Notes under the pieces: generated by a model
The model's input: the letters and a program-made list of their open reading frames with translations, nothing else
Told to the model about the DNA's origin: nothing
Database searches by the model: none
NCBI GenBank assembly: GCA_963696935.1
Contig: CAVOMB010000101.1
Location: 13,020-77,019 of the forward strand
Direction: 5' to 3'
Length of the DNA: 64,000 nucleotides
Source of the DNA: an uncultured Thermoleophilia bacterium
GTDB taxonomy: Bacteria > Actinomycetota > Thermoleophilia > UBA2241
Made by a program: the position numbers and the translations under genes
Shown here: positions 1 through 8,653 of the stretch, piece by piece
Numbering within the stretch: the stretch's first letter is position 1
Layout of the letters: each line of letters opens with the position of its first letter

Positions 1-1059
1 AGCACCGCAGTACCCGCGCCGCCCGGCGGCCGCATCACCGACGCGGAAGCCCTCGCGCTGCTCGAGAGCGGCGACCTGCTGGGCGCCGGCGCGCGCGCCG
101 ACGCCGTCCGTCGCCGCCTGCACCCCGGCGACGAGGTCACCTTCATCGTCGACCGCAACATCAACTACACCGACTACTGCCTCTCCGGCTGCCGCTTCTG
201 CGCCTTCTACAAGAAGCCGGGGAGCGGGGAGGGGTACCTCCTCGCCGAGGAGGACATCCACCGCAAGATCGAGGAGACGCTGGAGCTCGGCGGCACCGCC
301 ATCATGATGCAGGGCGGCCTGCACCCGGACCTCGACGTCTGCTGGTTCGAGGGGGTCTTCAGCGGCATCAAGGCCAGGTACCCGATCCACATCCACTCAC
401 TCTCTCCGCCGGAGATCGTGCACATCGCCAGGATGAGCGACCTCACCGTGGAGGAGACGCTGACGCGGCTGCACGCCGCCGGTCTGGACAGCCTGCCCGG
501 CGGCGGCGCCGAGGTGCTGGTCGACCGCGTGCGCACCGCCATCAGCCCCCACAAGATCTCCACCGACACGTGGCTGGACGTGATGCGCGTCGCCCACGGC
601 CTCGGCATGAAGACCACGGCGACCATGATGTTCGGCTCGCTCGACACCCCGGCCGAACGGATCGAGCACCTGCGCCGCCTCCGCGACCTGCAGGATGAGA
701 CCGGCGGCTTCACCGCCTTCATTCCGTGGACGTTCCAGGCCGGCAACACCGACCTGCAGGCCGGCCACGTCCCCGCTACCGGCATCGACTACCTGATGAT
801 GCTCTCGGTCTCGCGCATCTACCTCGACAACTTCCCCAACGTGCAGGCCTCCTGGGTCACGCAAGGATTGCGCATGGGGCAGGTCGCGCTGACCTTCGGC
901 GCCAACGACATGGGCTCGACGATGATCGAAGAGAACGTGGTCGCCGCCGCCGGAGTGCGAAACCAGTGCGACGTCGACGAGATGGTGCGGCTCATCCGTG
1001 CGGCCGGCCGCACGCCCGTGCAGCGTGACACGCTGTACGGCGAGGTTCGCCGCTACTAG
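1..1059 (+). CDS. Radical SAM enzyme of the futalosine menaquinone pathway (MqnC/MqnE family); 5' end lies outside the window
   Basis: In-frame translation from nt 1 gives ...NINYTDYCLSGCRFCAFYKKPG..., a CxxxCxxC radical-SAM cluster motif. The rest resembles MqnC/MqnE-type enzymes. Stop at 1059. I cannot separate MqnC from MqnE from sequence alone. Confidence 0.75.
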   Translation, partial: STAVPAPPGGRITDAEALALLESGDLLGAGARADAVRRRLHPGDEVTFIVDRNINYTDYCLSGCRFCAFYKKPGSGEGYLLAEEDIHRKIEETLELGGTAIMMQGGLHPDLDVCWFEGVFSGIKARYPIHIHSLSPPEIVHIARMSDLTVEETLTRLHAAGLDSLPGGGAEVLVDRVRTAISPHKISTDTWLDVMRVAHGLGMKTTATMMFGSLDTPAERIEHLRRLRDLQDETGGFTAFIPWTFQAGNTDLQAGHVPATGIDYLMMLSVSRIYLDNFPNVQASWVTQGLRMGQVALTFGANDMGSTMIEENVVAAAGVRNQCDVDEMVRLIRAAGRTPVQRDTLYGEVRRY

Positions 1060-1217
1060 ATTCCTACCGACGGCGATCCGCGCACGGGGTAACCCAGCGT
1101 AAACAGCCGACCCTCCTCTCCATCTTTTTGCGGGGAAGCACCCACTTGGCCATGTGGGCACCCGTCCGCTCCGGCCACGTCCATCAAGCCCTCAGCCTCG
1201 TGGTTCGTACCCAACAC

Positions 1218-1443
1218 ATGAGCCTTGGGGCCCTGGCGGGAGGCGTCCTGCTCGCCCTGTTCATCTACCTGGGGCTGGGGCACGGCGGTGTCGGTCAACG
1301 AAGAGACCCATGACAAGAGCCGCGTTCCGGGCATCGGCGCCGTGGTCAGCACCGTCGCGCTGGTGGCCATCTACGTGCTGACCACGACGGCGGCGCAGGT
1401 GTTCCGCTCTTCTCGCGCCGTCGTGAGACGGTGGAGACGATGA
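1218..1443 (+). CDS. Possible small two-TM membrane protein, apparently split between two frames (frameshift or sequencing indel)
   Basis: ATG at 1218 gives MSLGALAGGVLLALFIYLGLGHGG.. (hydrophobic). An adjacent frame continues ..PGIGAVVSTVALVAIYVLTTTAAQVF... It sits between a convergent gene pair. Weak call. Confidence 0.2.
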
Positions 1444-1580
1444 CGGAGACGCCGCGCGCGACGATGATCGATCCTGGGTCGGCGCGCATCGAGCCGCCGA
1501 CGGCGGCGTGAGCTGCCTCCGGAGCCGGTGACGGGGGCGCGGGTGGGCCGCAGTCCCGCCCGCGCCCGGGCCGTCTGCGC

Positions 1581-2939
1581 TCACTCAGGCCCGCTGCGCG
1601 GCTCGCCTGCGCAGACGGGCACGGTCTCGTCGGCCATGCGCTCGAGCTCGGCCTGTGGCAGCACGCCGCCGCCGGCCACGATCCGTTTCCAGGCTCTGTG
1701 GAGCACCGGCGCCGCTACCGCCAATCCGCAGAGGCTCATGATGCCCGCGACGGTCAGCACGTGCCCCGAGATCCGCGCGTACATCAGCGGCGCCAGCAGC
1801 GACCCGAGCAGACCGGCGAGCTGCATGGAGGTCGCCTCCACGCCCGTCACCGTGCCGAGCCAGCGCCGCGGGCTCACCTGGATCAGGAACGCCTGCTTGG
1901 CCGGGTACGAGAAGGCGATGGCGACACCCTCCAGCGCGTTCACGATGATGAGCGCCGTCATGTTGGTCGAGATCCCGTAGAACATCCAGGCGCAGCCGGA
2001 GAGCGCATACCCGATGATGAACAGCCAGAAGCGGCTCCAGCGGTCGGCCAGCATGCCGCCGAAGAAGCTGAGCAGCATCGGCACGCTGAACGCCACCCAG
2101 GTCATGCTGATGAACGTCTTGGACGCCCCGAGACCGTCGAGGTGGATGCTCCAGATCACGTCCCAGGCGCCCATGGCGAAGTTGCTGGTGAAGGCGACGA
2201 CGACGAATGCGATGATGGGCCCCGTGAAGATGGCGCGGTACGGCGGGCGGCCCGCCTTGCGGCCTCCGCCCGCCTGCTGCTGCTCTCGGCGGCGCTGCGC
2301 TCGCCGGGACTTCAGCGCCGCCGGCTCCTTGATGAAGATGACGAGCGCGCCCAGCGCGAGCGCGGAGAGCGCGCCGCCGAAGTAGAAGATCGCGTAGAAG
2401 CCGGGGGTGCCGCCGCCGCCGAGGGCGTACAGCGGCGCCGCCAGCGCCGGCCCCACGATGAGCCCGCCGAACTGAGCCGTGGTCAGGAACCCATACGCAC
2501 GGCTCCGGTTCTCAGCTGTCGTGATGTCGGCGACGAACGCCTGCGCGGCCGGTCCGAACGCGGCCGTGCCGGCGCCCTCCAGCAGCCGGAAGACGATGAA
2601 CCAGTACGGGTCGGTGGTGGTGGTGAAGAGCAGCAGCGCCACCGTGTACACGACCGCCCCGCCGACCATCACAGGCTTGCGACCGATGGTGTCGCTGAGC
2701 CAGCCGAGCGGCGACGAGAACAGCAGCGTGCCGACGTAGTACGTCGCCGCGATCACGGCCCACAGGGTCATGGACGCGTGCGCCTGCTCCTGCAGGAAGA
2801 GCGGGAGGTAGGGAAGGATCGCGCCGAAGCCCGCCCACACCACGAACTCGGACGCGCTGATCACGCCGAGCTGCAGCCAGCTCGTACGCGGCAAGCCCGC
2901 AGGCGTCCGGGGCGTCTGTGCGGTGGGTGGGCTGGCCAT
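1581..2939 (-). CDS. MFS transporter
   Basis: 452-aa ORF with multiple hydrophobic segments and the MFS loop motif ..PLGWLSDTIGRKPVMV.. Confidence 0.85.
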   Translation of the reverse strand: MASPPTAQTPRTPAGLPRTSWLQLGVISASEFVVWAGFGAILPYLPLFLQEQAHASMTLWAVIAATYYVGTLLFSSPLGWLSDTIGRKPVMVGGAVVYTVALLLFTTTTDPYWFIVFRLLEGAGTAAFGPAAQAFVADITTAENRSRAYGFLTTAQFGGLIVGPALAAPLYALGGGGTPGFYAIFYFGGALSALALGALVIFIKEPAALKSRRAQRRREQQQAGGGRKAGRPPYRAIFTGPIIAFVVVAFTSNFAMGAWDVIWSIHLDGLGASKTFISMTWVAFSVPMLLSFFGGMLADRWSRFWLFIIGYALSGCAWMFYGISTNMTALIIVNALEGVAIAFSYPAKQAFLIQVSPRRWLGTVTGVEATSMQLAGLLGSLLAPLMYARISGHVLTVAGIMSLCGLAVAAPVLHRAWKRIVAGGGVLPQAELERMADETVPVCAGEPRSGPE

Positions 2940-3044
2940 GGCTCCTCAAGTCGTCCGTAGGACTTAGACGACCGACTCCCCTCCGGCCGTCGCCCGCGCT
3001 ACGAATCCGGCCCCAAGGCTATCACCCGGGGATGGAGCGGAGTC

Positions 3045-4175
3045 TCAGGAGGAGCGGATCTCCCGCGACAGGAGGCCGACCAGGCCGGACGCGGCCACGA
3101 TCACGCCGGCGACGACGAAGAGCAGGCGCACGTCCACCACGCCGGCCAGGGCGCCGCCGACCAGCACGGAGACGGCGTAGGTACCCTGCGTGAGCATGAA
3201 CCGTGTGCTGAACACGCGCCCGCGCATGCCCTCGGGCACCGTCTGCTGCAAGAACGTGTCCACCGCGATCAGGACCAGGGCGTTGGCCAGGCCGAACAGC
3301 GCGAACGGGACTGCCGCCACCCAGACCGAGTCGGTGAGCGCGACCAGCGCCAGGCAGACTCCCATCGCCAGGAGCCCGCCGGTCATGACCCGGCCCTTGC
3401 GTACGCGCGCGGCCAGGGCGACCATTGCCAGCGAGCCTACCAGGAAGCCGACGCTGCTCGCGGCTTCCAAGGCGCCGAACGCCCCTGCGCCGCGCCCCAG
3501 CACGTCCACAGCGAAGAGGAAGGTGAGCGGGTAGACCGCGCCCATGCCGGCCACGGAGACCACGATCATCGTCGTGTTGGCGCGCAGGCCGCGGTCACGT
3601 CGCAGGAAGGTGAATCCATCCTTGAGTTCCTTCCTGAAGGCCCCTGCGGCCTTCGCCGCGGCGTCGCGCACCGGCGCCCGGTAGCGCATGAGCGCGAGCG
3701 CCACGGCCGAGACGACGAACGTGGCGGCGTCGAGCCGGAACGCCGCCGTGGTGCTCACCGCGGCGAGGAGCAGGCCGGCGAGCGCCCAGCCCAGGATCTC
3801 CGTGAGGTTCTCACCCGTGGAGAGCAGCGAGTTGGCGCGCATCAGCCGGTCGCCCGGCACGATCTCGGGCACGATCGCGAGCTTGGCGGGGTCGAAGAAC
3901 ACGCCCAGGCTCGCGATGACGAAGGCCAGCACGAACACAGAGGGCAGGGAGCGTGTAGCGAGGAAGGGCACTGCGAGCACGAGCACCGCACGCAGCACGT
4001 CCATGGCGACCATGAGCCGGCGCTTGTCGACCCGGTCGACGATGACGCCGGAGAACGCCCCGAAGATCACCCAAGGGAGGGTGTAGAGGGCGAAGACGGC
4101 GCCTGTGCCCAGCTCGGACCCCGTTGCCTTGTATACCAACCACGGGAACGCGAGCGCGGCGAGCCGGTCGCCCAT
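3045..4175 (-). CDS. MFS transporter (efflux type)
   Basis: 376-aa polytopic ORF. N-terminus ..VIVDRVDKRRLMVAMDVLRA.. is typical of MFS drug/siderophore exporters. Confidence 0.8.
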   Translation of the reverse strand: MGDRLAALAFPWLVYKATGSELGTGAVFALYTLPWVIFGAFSGVIVDRVDKRRLMVAMDVLRAVLVLAVPFLATRSLPSVFVLAFVIASLGVFFDPAKLAIVPEIVPGDRLMRANSLLSTGENLTEILGWALAGLLLAAVSTTAAFRLDAATFVVSAVALALMRYRAPVRDAAAKAAGAFRKELKDGFTFLRRDRGLRANTTMIVVSVAGMGAVYPLTFLFAVDVLGRGAGAFGALEAASSVGFLVGSLAMVALAARVRKGRVMTGGLLAMGVCLALVALTDSVWVAAVPFALFGLANALVLIAVDTFLQQTVPEGMRGRVFSTRFMLTQGTYAVSVLVGGALAGVVDVRLLFVVAGVIVAASGLVGLLSREIRSS

Positions 4176-4570
4176 CTGCGAGACGAACTGCCCGGTCCAC
4201 AGCAGGCCGAAGGTGGCGTTGCGATGGAGAGGTACCGTTTGGAACTCCGCGGATGCGGCTTTGGCCTCTATCGTCTTCCCCCCTGGAGTGCGACGGCGAC
4301 CGAGTGATGATCGGGGCGGTGCGCCTGCGGCGACCGCCCCGAAAGGTTACATCAAGAGGGTGACGACTTCTCCGGCCGTACGGCGGCTTCCTGCTCCTCC
4401 CACAATCCGTTGTCCAGTTTGGCAACTCCGCGCTCGCCAGCTTTCACATTCTGTCCTACTCGCGAGGGTGGCCAAGGCCAGAGTGGCATCCGTAGAGTCG
4501 CAGCACACAATCGTCAACCACAAATTATCGGCATGTGGTTGAAGAACCTTTAGCGATTCGGAGGGGACTA

Positions 4571-4672
4571 ATGGGCACGCTCATGGGCAAGATGCACCTC
4601 GACACGATGGGCAAGATGCACCTCGACACGATGGGCAAGATGCACCTCGACACGATGGGCAAGATGCACTGA
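4571..4672 (+). CDS. Small ORF encoding a 33-aa repeat peptide MGTL(MGKMHLDT)x3MGKMH
   Basis: ATG at 4571 preceded by GGAGGGG at 4561-4567. The ORF is built almost entirely from a perfect 24-bp tandem repeat and ends ..KMH-TGAC. It lies 170 bp upstream and on the same strand as the HD-GYP gene. Not in the ORF track because it is too short. Confidence 0.3.
   Translation: MGTLMGKMHLDTMGKMHLDTMGKMHLDTMGKMH
4583..4669 (+). repeat. Perfect 24-bp tandem repeat ATGGGCAAGATGCACCTCGACACG, 3.6 copies
   Basis: Three exact copies at 4583-4606, 4607-4630 and 4631-4654, plus a 15-bp partial copy at 4655-4669. Confidence 0.9.
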
Positions 4673-4701
4673 CGTCTTCCGACTGAGTACGAGGTCATCT
4701 G

Positions 4702-4782
4702 ATGAGCAAGAAAATCGAGAAGACGCTAGCATCCCTGTTGTTCGCCCTCGTGACGAGCGGCGGCAACAGCAAGATGCACTGA
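4702..4782 (+). CDS. Small ORF encoding the 26-aa peptide MSKKIEKTLASLLFALVTSGGNSKMH
   Basis: ATG at 4702 with GAGGTC upstream. It has a hydrophobic core and ends with the same KMH-stop and identical 15-nt 3' end (GCAAGATGCACTGAC) as the neighbouring repeat ORF. Confidence 0.3.
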   Translation: MSKKIEKTLASLLFALVTSGGNSKMH

Positions 4783-4844
4783 CTGCTAAAGCAACTTCAG
4801 CCCGGTGCCGATAGCGGGGGCACGAGAAGCCCCTATGAGGTCCA

Positions 4845-6281
4845 GTGACGACACCTGGTGAGCGAAACTATGGCGTCCTGACGGCAGTCTTGGCGGCGTG
4901 CGCCGGGCTGTTCGTCACGTACGCCGCCGTCTTCCCCGGCCCCATCCCCGTCTCGACGTCGGTCATGCGCGACGCGCTCGTGTTAGCGGTCCTGGCGATC
5001 ATTGCGGACGAGATGTCCGTGGAGGTCTCCGACCGCGTCACTCTGAATGCGGGCAACCTGCCTGTTCTCTTGGCGATCATGTTCACGGGCCGACTGCCAG
5101 CCATCGGCGTGGCGGTCGTCGTAGGACTCTGGGGCGCGTGGCGTGAGAGCTCTCGCGCGGTCGTCGTCTACAACACGGCGAACTTCATCATCGCCGTGTT
5201 CCTGTCATCGCTGGTGTTCGATGCGCTCATCGAGCCGCTAGGCGTACAGCTCCATCAGATCACCGTCGGCCTGCTGCTGGCCGCGGCGGCTGCCGCAGTC
5301 GTCTTCGAAGCCACCAACCTTGCTCTCCTCAGTCTTGGGATGCGAGTGAAGTACCAGCGTCAGTTCCGCGCGTTCTGGCGAGAAGAGATGCTGCCGTTCC
5401 TGCGGTCGCTCGGAGTCTTGCTGGCGCTAGGCTTGGCGATCGCTGCTCTGTACGCCGCCGCCGGCATCATCGCCGTCACGCTCCTCTTCATCCCGCTGTT
5501 CGCCGCCCAGTACATGTTCAAGCTTCTGGTGCGCGAGAAGGAGCATGTGGCGCGCCAGACCGAACTCAGTGACCAGTACCTCGAGATGAACATCGGCCTG
5601 GCAGCGGCCATGGTCGTGCTCTTGGACAGCAAGGACGAGTACACTGCGCAGCACTCCGCGGCGGTGGCGATGTACTGCCGCGACATGGCGACAGCGCTTC
5701 AGCTGCCGGAAGAAGAAGCGGAGGCGCTCCACTTCGCCGGCCTGTTGCACGACCTCGGCAAGGTCGGTGTGCCGGACGCGGTCCTGCGCAAGACCAAGAC
5801 CCTCGACGAGGAGGAGTGGGAGTTCATCCGCCAGCATCCCGAGAAGGGGGCGGAGGTGCTCTCTCACCTCGCCGCCTACCAGGAGGTCGCGGACATCGTG
5901 CGCTTCCACCACGAGCGCCTCGACGGGAGCGGCTACCCCTTGGGCATCCGTGGGGACGCGATCCCGGAGCTCAGCAAGGTGCTGGCGGTCGCGGACAGCT
6001 ACCACGCGATGACCTCGGACCGGCCCTACCGCGGCGCCCGCAGTTCGTTCGAGGCCCTGAAGGAGCTTCGTCTCATGTCCGGCACGACGCTCGAGCCGAC
6101 CTATGTGGAGATCCTGGCCAAGGTCCTGCGCGACAAGGACCTCGCCTACCGCGACGGGAGTTCCACGGACTTCATGGGCGAGTACGAGCGCGGTCGCATC
6201 AACCTGCGCCTCCGCGGCCACGCCCTCGCCGACGTCAGCGGGCTCTCCTCGACGCAGCAGGAAGACCCAGCGGCAGGCTGA
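4845..6281 (+). CDS. Membrane-anchored HD-GYP domain c-di-GMP phosphodiesterase
   Basis: 478 aa. The N-terminal ~230 aa carry 6-7 hydrophobic helices. The C-terminal part has HD (..LLHDLGK..) and GYP (..HHERLDGSGYP..) motifs. GTG start, so the exact start is uncertain. Confidence 0.85.
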   Translation: MTTPGERNYGVLTAVLAACAGLFVTYAAVFPGPIPVSTSVMRDALVLAVLAIIADEMSVEVSDRVTLNAGNLPVLLAIMFTGRLPAIGVAVVVGLWGAWRESSRAVVVYNTANFIIAVFLSSLVFDALIEPLGVQLHQITVGLLLAAAAAAVVFEATNLALLSLGMRVKYQRQFRAFWREEMLPFLRSLGVLLALGLAIAALYAAAGIIAVTLLFIPLFAAQYMFKLLVREKEHVARQTELSDQYLEMNIGLAAAMVVLLDSKDEYTAQHSAAVAMYCRDMATALQLPEEEAEALHFAGLLHDLGKVGVPDAVLRKTKTLDEEEWEFIRQHPEKGAEVLSHLAAYQEVADIVRFHHERLDGSGYPLGIRGDAIPELSKVLAVADSYHAMTSDRPYRGARSSFEALKELRLMSGTTLEPTYVEILAKVLRDKDLAYRDGSSTDFMGEYERGRINLRLRGHALADVSGLSSTQQEDPAAG

Positions 6282-6786
6282 CCAGCGCCCGGGCGGTGAA
6301 CGCCGCCGCGACCGCCTTCACGATGTCCACCCAGATGAACGGCGCCACGCCGCTCGTCACGGCTGCGGTCGGCGTGAGGTGCAGTTGCTGCGCCAGCCAC
6401 ACCGCCCCGAGCACGTAGATCGGCGTCAGACCCAAAAGGCCGGCGATCAGGAGCCGTGGCGTTCCGGCGTCCGATCTTCGGGCGATGAGCCCGGTCACTA
6501 CGGCGGCGGCGATGAAGCCGAAGAGGTAACCCCCGGTCGGTCCGAAGAGGACGCCTAAGCCCGAGGTGCCTCCCGAGTAGACCGGCACCACGAGGCCAAG
6601 CAGCAGGTAGGCGACCACGCTGAGCGCGCCGAGCCGGGAGCCAAGGATCATGCCGGCGAGCAGCACCACGTACACCTGCAGCGTGAAGGGCACCGATCCC
6701 ACCGGGATGGCGATGTAGGCGGAGACCGAGAGAAGCGCCGTGAAGAGCGCGGCAACGGCCAGCTCGCGGGTCGTCAGACGGGACAA
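6235..6786 (-). CDS. bioY: Biotin transporter BioY (ECF S-component)
   Basis: 183-aa polytopic protein with the BioY signature ..FGPTGGYLFGF... TTG start. It sits immediately downstream of birA. Confidence 0.85.
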   Translation of the reverse strand: MSRLTTRELAVAALFTALLSVSAYIAIPVGSVPFTLQVYVVLLAGMILGSRLGALSVVAYLLLGLVVPVYSGGTSGLGVLFGPTGGYLFGFIAAAVVTGLIARRSDAGTPRLLIAGLLGLTPIYVLGAVWLAQQLHLTPTAAVTSGVAPFIWVDIVKAVAAAFTARALVSLPLGLPAASRRAR

Positions 6787-6879
6787 TTGTCAACCCTTCG
6801 CACGTAGGAAGAGGTGACAATGTAGCGGCCCTCCGGACGGGCGTCAAACCCCTTCCGGAGGGCCGCGACGGGTTACGGA

Positions 6880-7899
6880 TCACCCGTGCAGGGTCACGTC
6901 GCCGGAGCAGAAGCTGCGGACCCTCCGATGAGGGAGCTCGACGAGCAGGGCTCCGCGGTCGTCGACGCCGGCGGCGGCTCCGATCACCGGGCCCTGGTGC
7001 GTCTCGACGCTGATGGTGCGCGACAGCAGGTAGTCGCGCTCGCGGAAGGCCGTCAGGGACTTTTCGAAGCCGCCGCGCAGGGCGGCCTGGTAGTGCGCAT
7101 CGAGGGACAGCAGGAGTGTGGCCAGGACGTCGCTCCGGTCGACGGTCTCTCCGCCCGCGATCTTGAGCGACGTGGCCGTGCGGCGAAGGGCCACCGGGAG
7201 CTCGCTGAATTCGGTATTGACGTTGAGGCCGATGCCCAGAATGACCCAGTCCACGTCGTCCTGCTCGCCGGAGACCTCCATGAGGATGCCGCCGATCTTG
7301 CGGTCGCCGATGAAGAGATCGTTGGGCCACTTGATGACGACGCGCGCCGGGACGTGCTGCTCGATCGCCTCTGCGGCGGCCGTGGCGGCGACGATGGTGA
7401 GCATGTGCGCCTCGCTCATGGGCAGCTGCGGGCGGAGGATCACCGAGAACAGCAGACCTTTGCCGGCGGGGGAGGTCCAGCGGCGACCGAGCCTGCCCCT
7501 GCCGGCGCTCTGGGCCTCGGCGACGATCACGGTGCCCTCCGGTGCGCCCTTCATCGCGAGGGCCTTGGCCTCGACGTTCGTCGACTCGATCTCGTCGTGG
7601 TAGCGGAACGAGTGGCCGAACATGCTGTGCTCGGTGCGTTGCGTGACGTGGCCCATGGAGAGGCGGGCCGGTTCGTCCTCGAGCCGATAGCCGCGCCGCG
7701 AGACGCCGACGATGCGGTAGCCGCGCTTGCGCAGCGACTTGACGTGCTTGTGGACCGCGTTGCGCGAGATGCCGAGGACGTCGCTGATCGCCTCGCCGGA
7801 GACGAAGTCGTGATTGTCCCTCAGGATGTCGATGACCGTCTTCTTGCGCTGGCTCATCGCTGCGGACTCGATGTAGGTGACTGAAATGGACGATTCCAT
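6880..7899 (-). CDS. birA: Bifunctional biotin-protein ligase and biotin operon repressor BirA
   Basis: N-terminal HTH (..ISRNAVHKHVKSLRKRGY..) followed by a BPL catalytic domain (..GRGRLGRRWTSPAGKGLLFS..) and a C-terminal SH3-like domain. The true start may be the internal Met at 7857. Confidence 0.9.
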   Translation of the reverse strand: MESSISVTYIESAAMSQRKKTVIDILRDNHDFVSGEAISDVLGISRNAVHKHVKSLRKRGYRIVGVSRRGYRLEDEPARLSMGHVTQRTEHSMFGHSFRYHDEIESTNVEAKALAMKGAPEGTVIVAEAQSAGRGRLGRRWTSPAGKGLLFSVILRPQLPMSEAHMLTIVAATAAAEAIEQHVPARVVIKWPNDLFIGDRKIGGILMEVSGEQDDVDWVILGIGLNVNTEFSELPVALRRTATSLKIAGGETVDRSDVLATLLLSLDAHYQAALRGGFEKSLTAFRERDYLLSRTISVETHQGPVIGAAAGVDDRGALLVELPHRRVRSFCSGDVTLHG

Positions 7900-7986
7900 C
7901 GCGCTCTCCCCATATGCCGATGTTGCAGTGTGAGGAGGCTAATCGCGGCAGGTCTTGCTGGAATCATACCTGGGGTGGATTCTGAC

Positions 7987-8628
7987 TCACTTTCCGGGTG
8001 GAGATGTCGGTTCACGTCGGTGGACTCCGTCGCTGTCGATCAGGGGCCTCGTGAGTCGTTGGTACTCGAGCACCGCTCCGATCCTGTTGGCCTTCTGGAG
8101 CTTGCTCAAGATGTGATTCACGTGCGTCTTGACGGTGGACACGGCGACATACAACTCGCCTGCAATCTCCGTGTTGGAGCGGTTCTGGGCCATGAGTCCA
8201 AGGACTTCAAGCTCCTTCGGCGTCAATTGGTCGAGAGGAGATGGCGCGGAGAGTGGAATGATCCTTGGGTGGGCCTTCGGAGGCTCGGCATGATCTGCCA
8301 GTCGGCTTGGCGGGGTTGCCTCGAGAGCATGTCTAACCCACGTTCCTACTTGCCTGGGGCACTCTCCGATAAGCACTTCTGCAGTGTTAGCGAATTCCCA
8401 GTGACGACTCAACGCAGAAATGAGGGGCAATCCAATCAGGTCACGGCTTCTGGTCTTCATGACCGACGCGACTACGTGTGGCCTGGGGCAAAGTTCCTGA
8501 GCGAGGAGATTGATGTGTCCGAGGTGGAGTTGACGCGGGAGGCACTCCCCAAGCACACGCGCGGCGTGGCCGTCCTGATGCGACAGGGAGGCAAGAATGG
8601 CCACGTAGAGGGCGGCCTTCAACTCCAC
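7987..8628 (-). CDS. LuxR-type HTH domain ORF, probably the detached C-terminus of the adjacent LAL regulator
   Basis: C-terminal ..LTPKELEVLGLMAQNRSNTEIAGELYVAVSTVKTHVNHILSKLQ.. is a canonical LuxR/FixJ HTH. The preceding ~130 aa have no recognisable fold. It lies 25 nt downstream of the LAL ORF in another frame. Confidence 0.5.
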   Translation of the reverse strand: MELKAALYVAILASLSHQDGHAARVLGECLPRQLHLGHINLLAQELCPRPHVVASVMKTRSRDLIGLPLISALSRHWEFANTAEVLIGECPRQVGTWVRHALEATPPSRLADHAEPPKAHPRIIPLSAPSPLDQLTPKELEVLGLMAQNRSNTEIAGELYVAVSTVKTHVNHILSKLQKANRIGAVLEYQRLTRPLIDSDGVHRREPTSPPGK

Positions 8629-8653
8629 GAATTGGACGCCCGCTCTGCGGGCG

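Noticed and set aside
4583-4669. CRISPR array at the 24-bp tandem repeat (and at the 33-bp repeat at 18220-18351)
   Set aside because: The repeats are directly adjacent with no spacers. One is coding-phase (24 = 8 codons) and the other lies inside an ORF. There are no cas genes.
6235-6281. 47-bp convergent overlap between the HD-GYP 3' end and the bioY 3' end
   Set aside because: It is probably benign, or one C-terminus is artificially extended by an indel. There is no independent signal of a feature.
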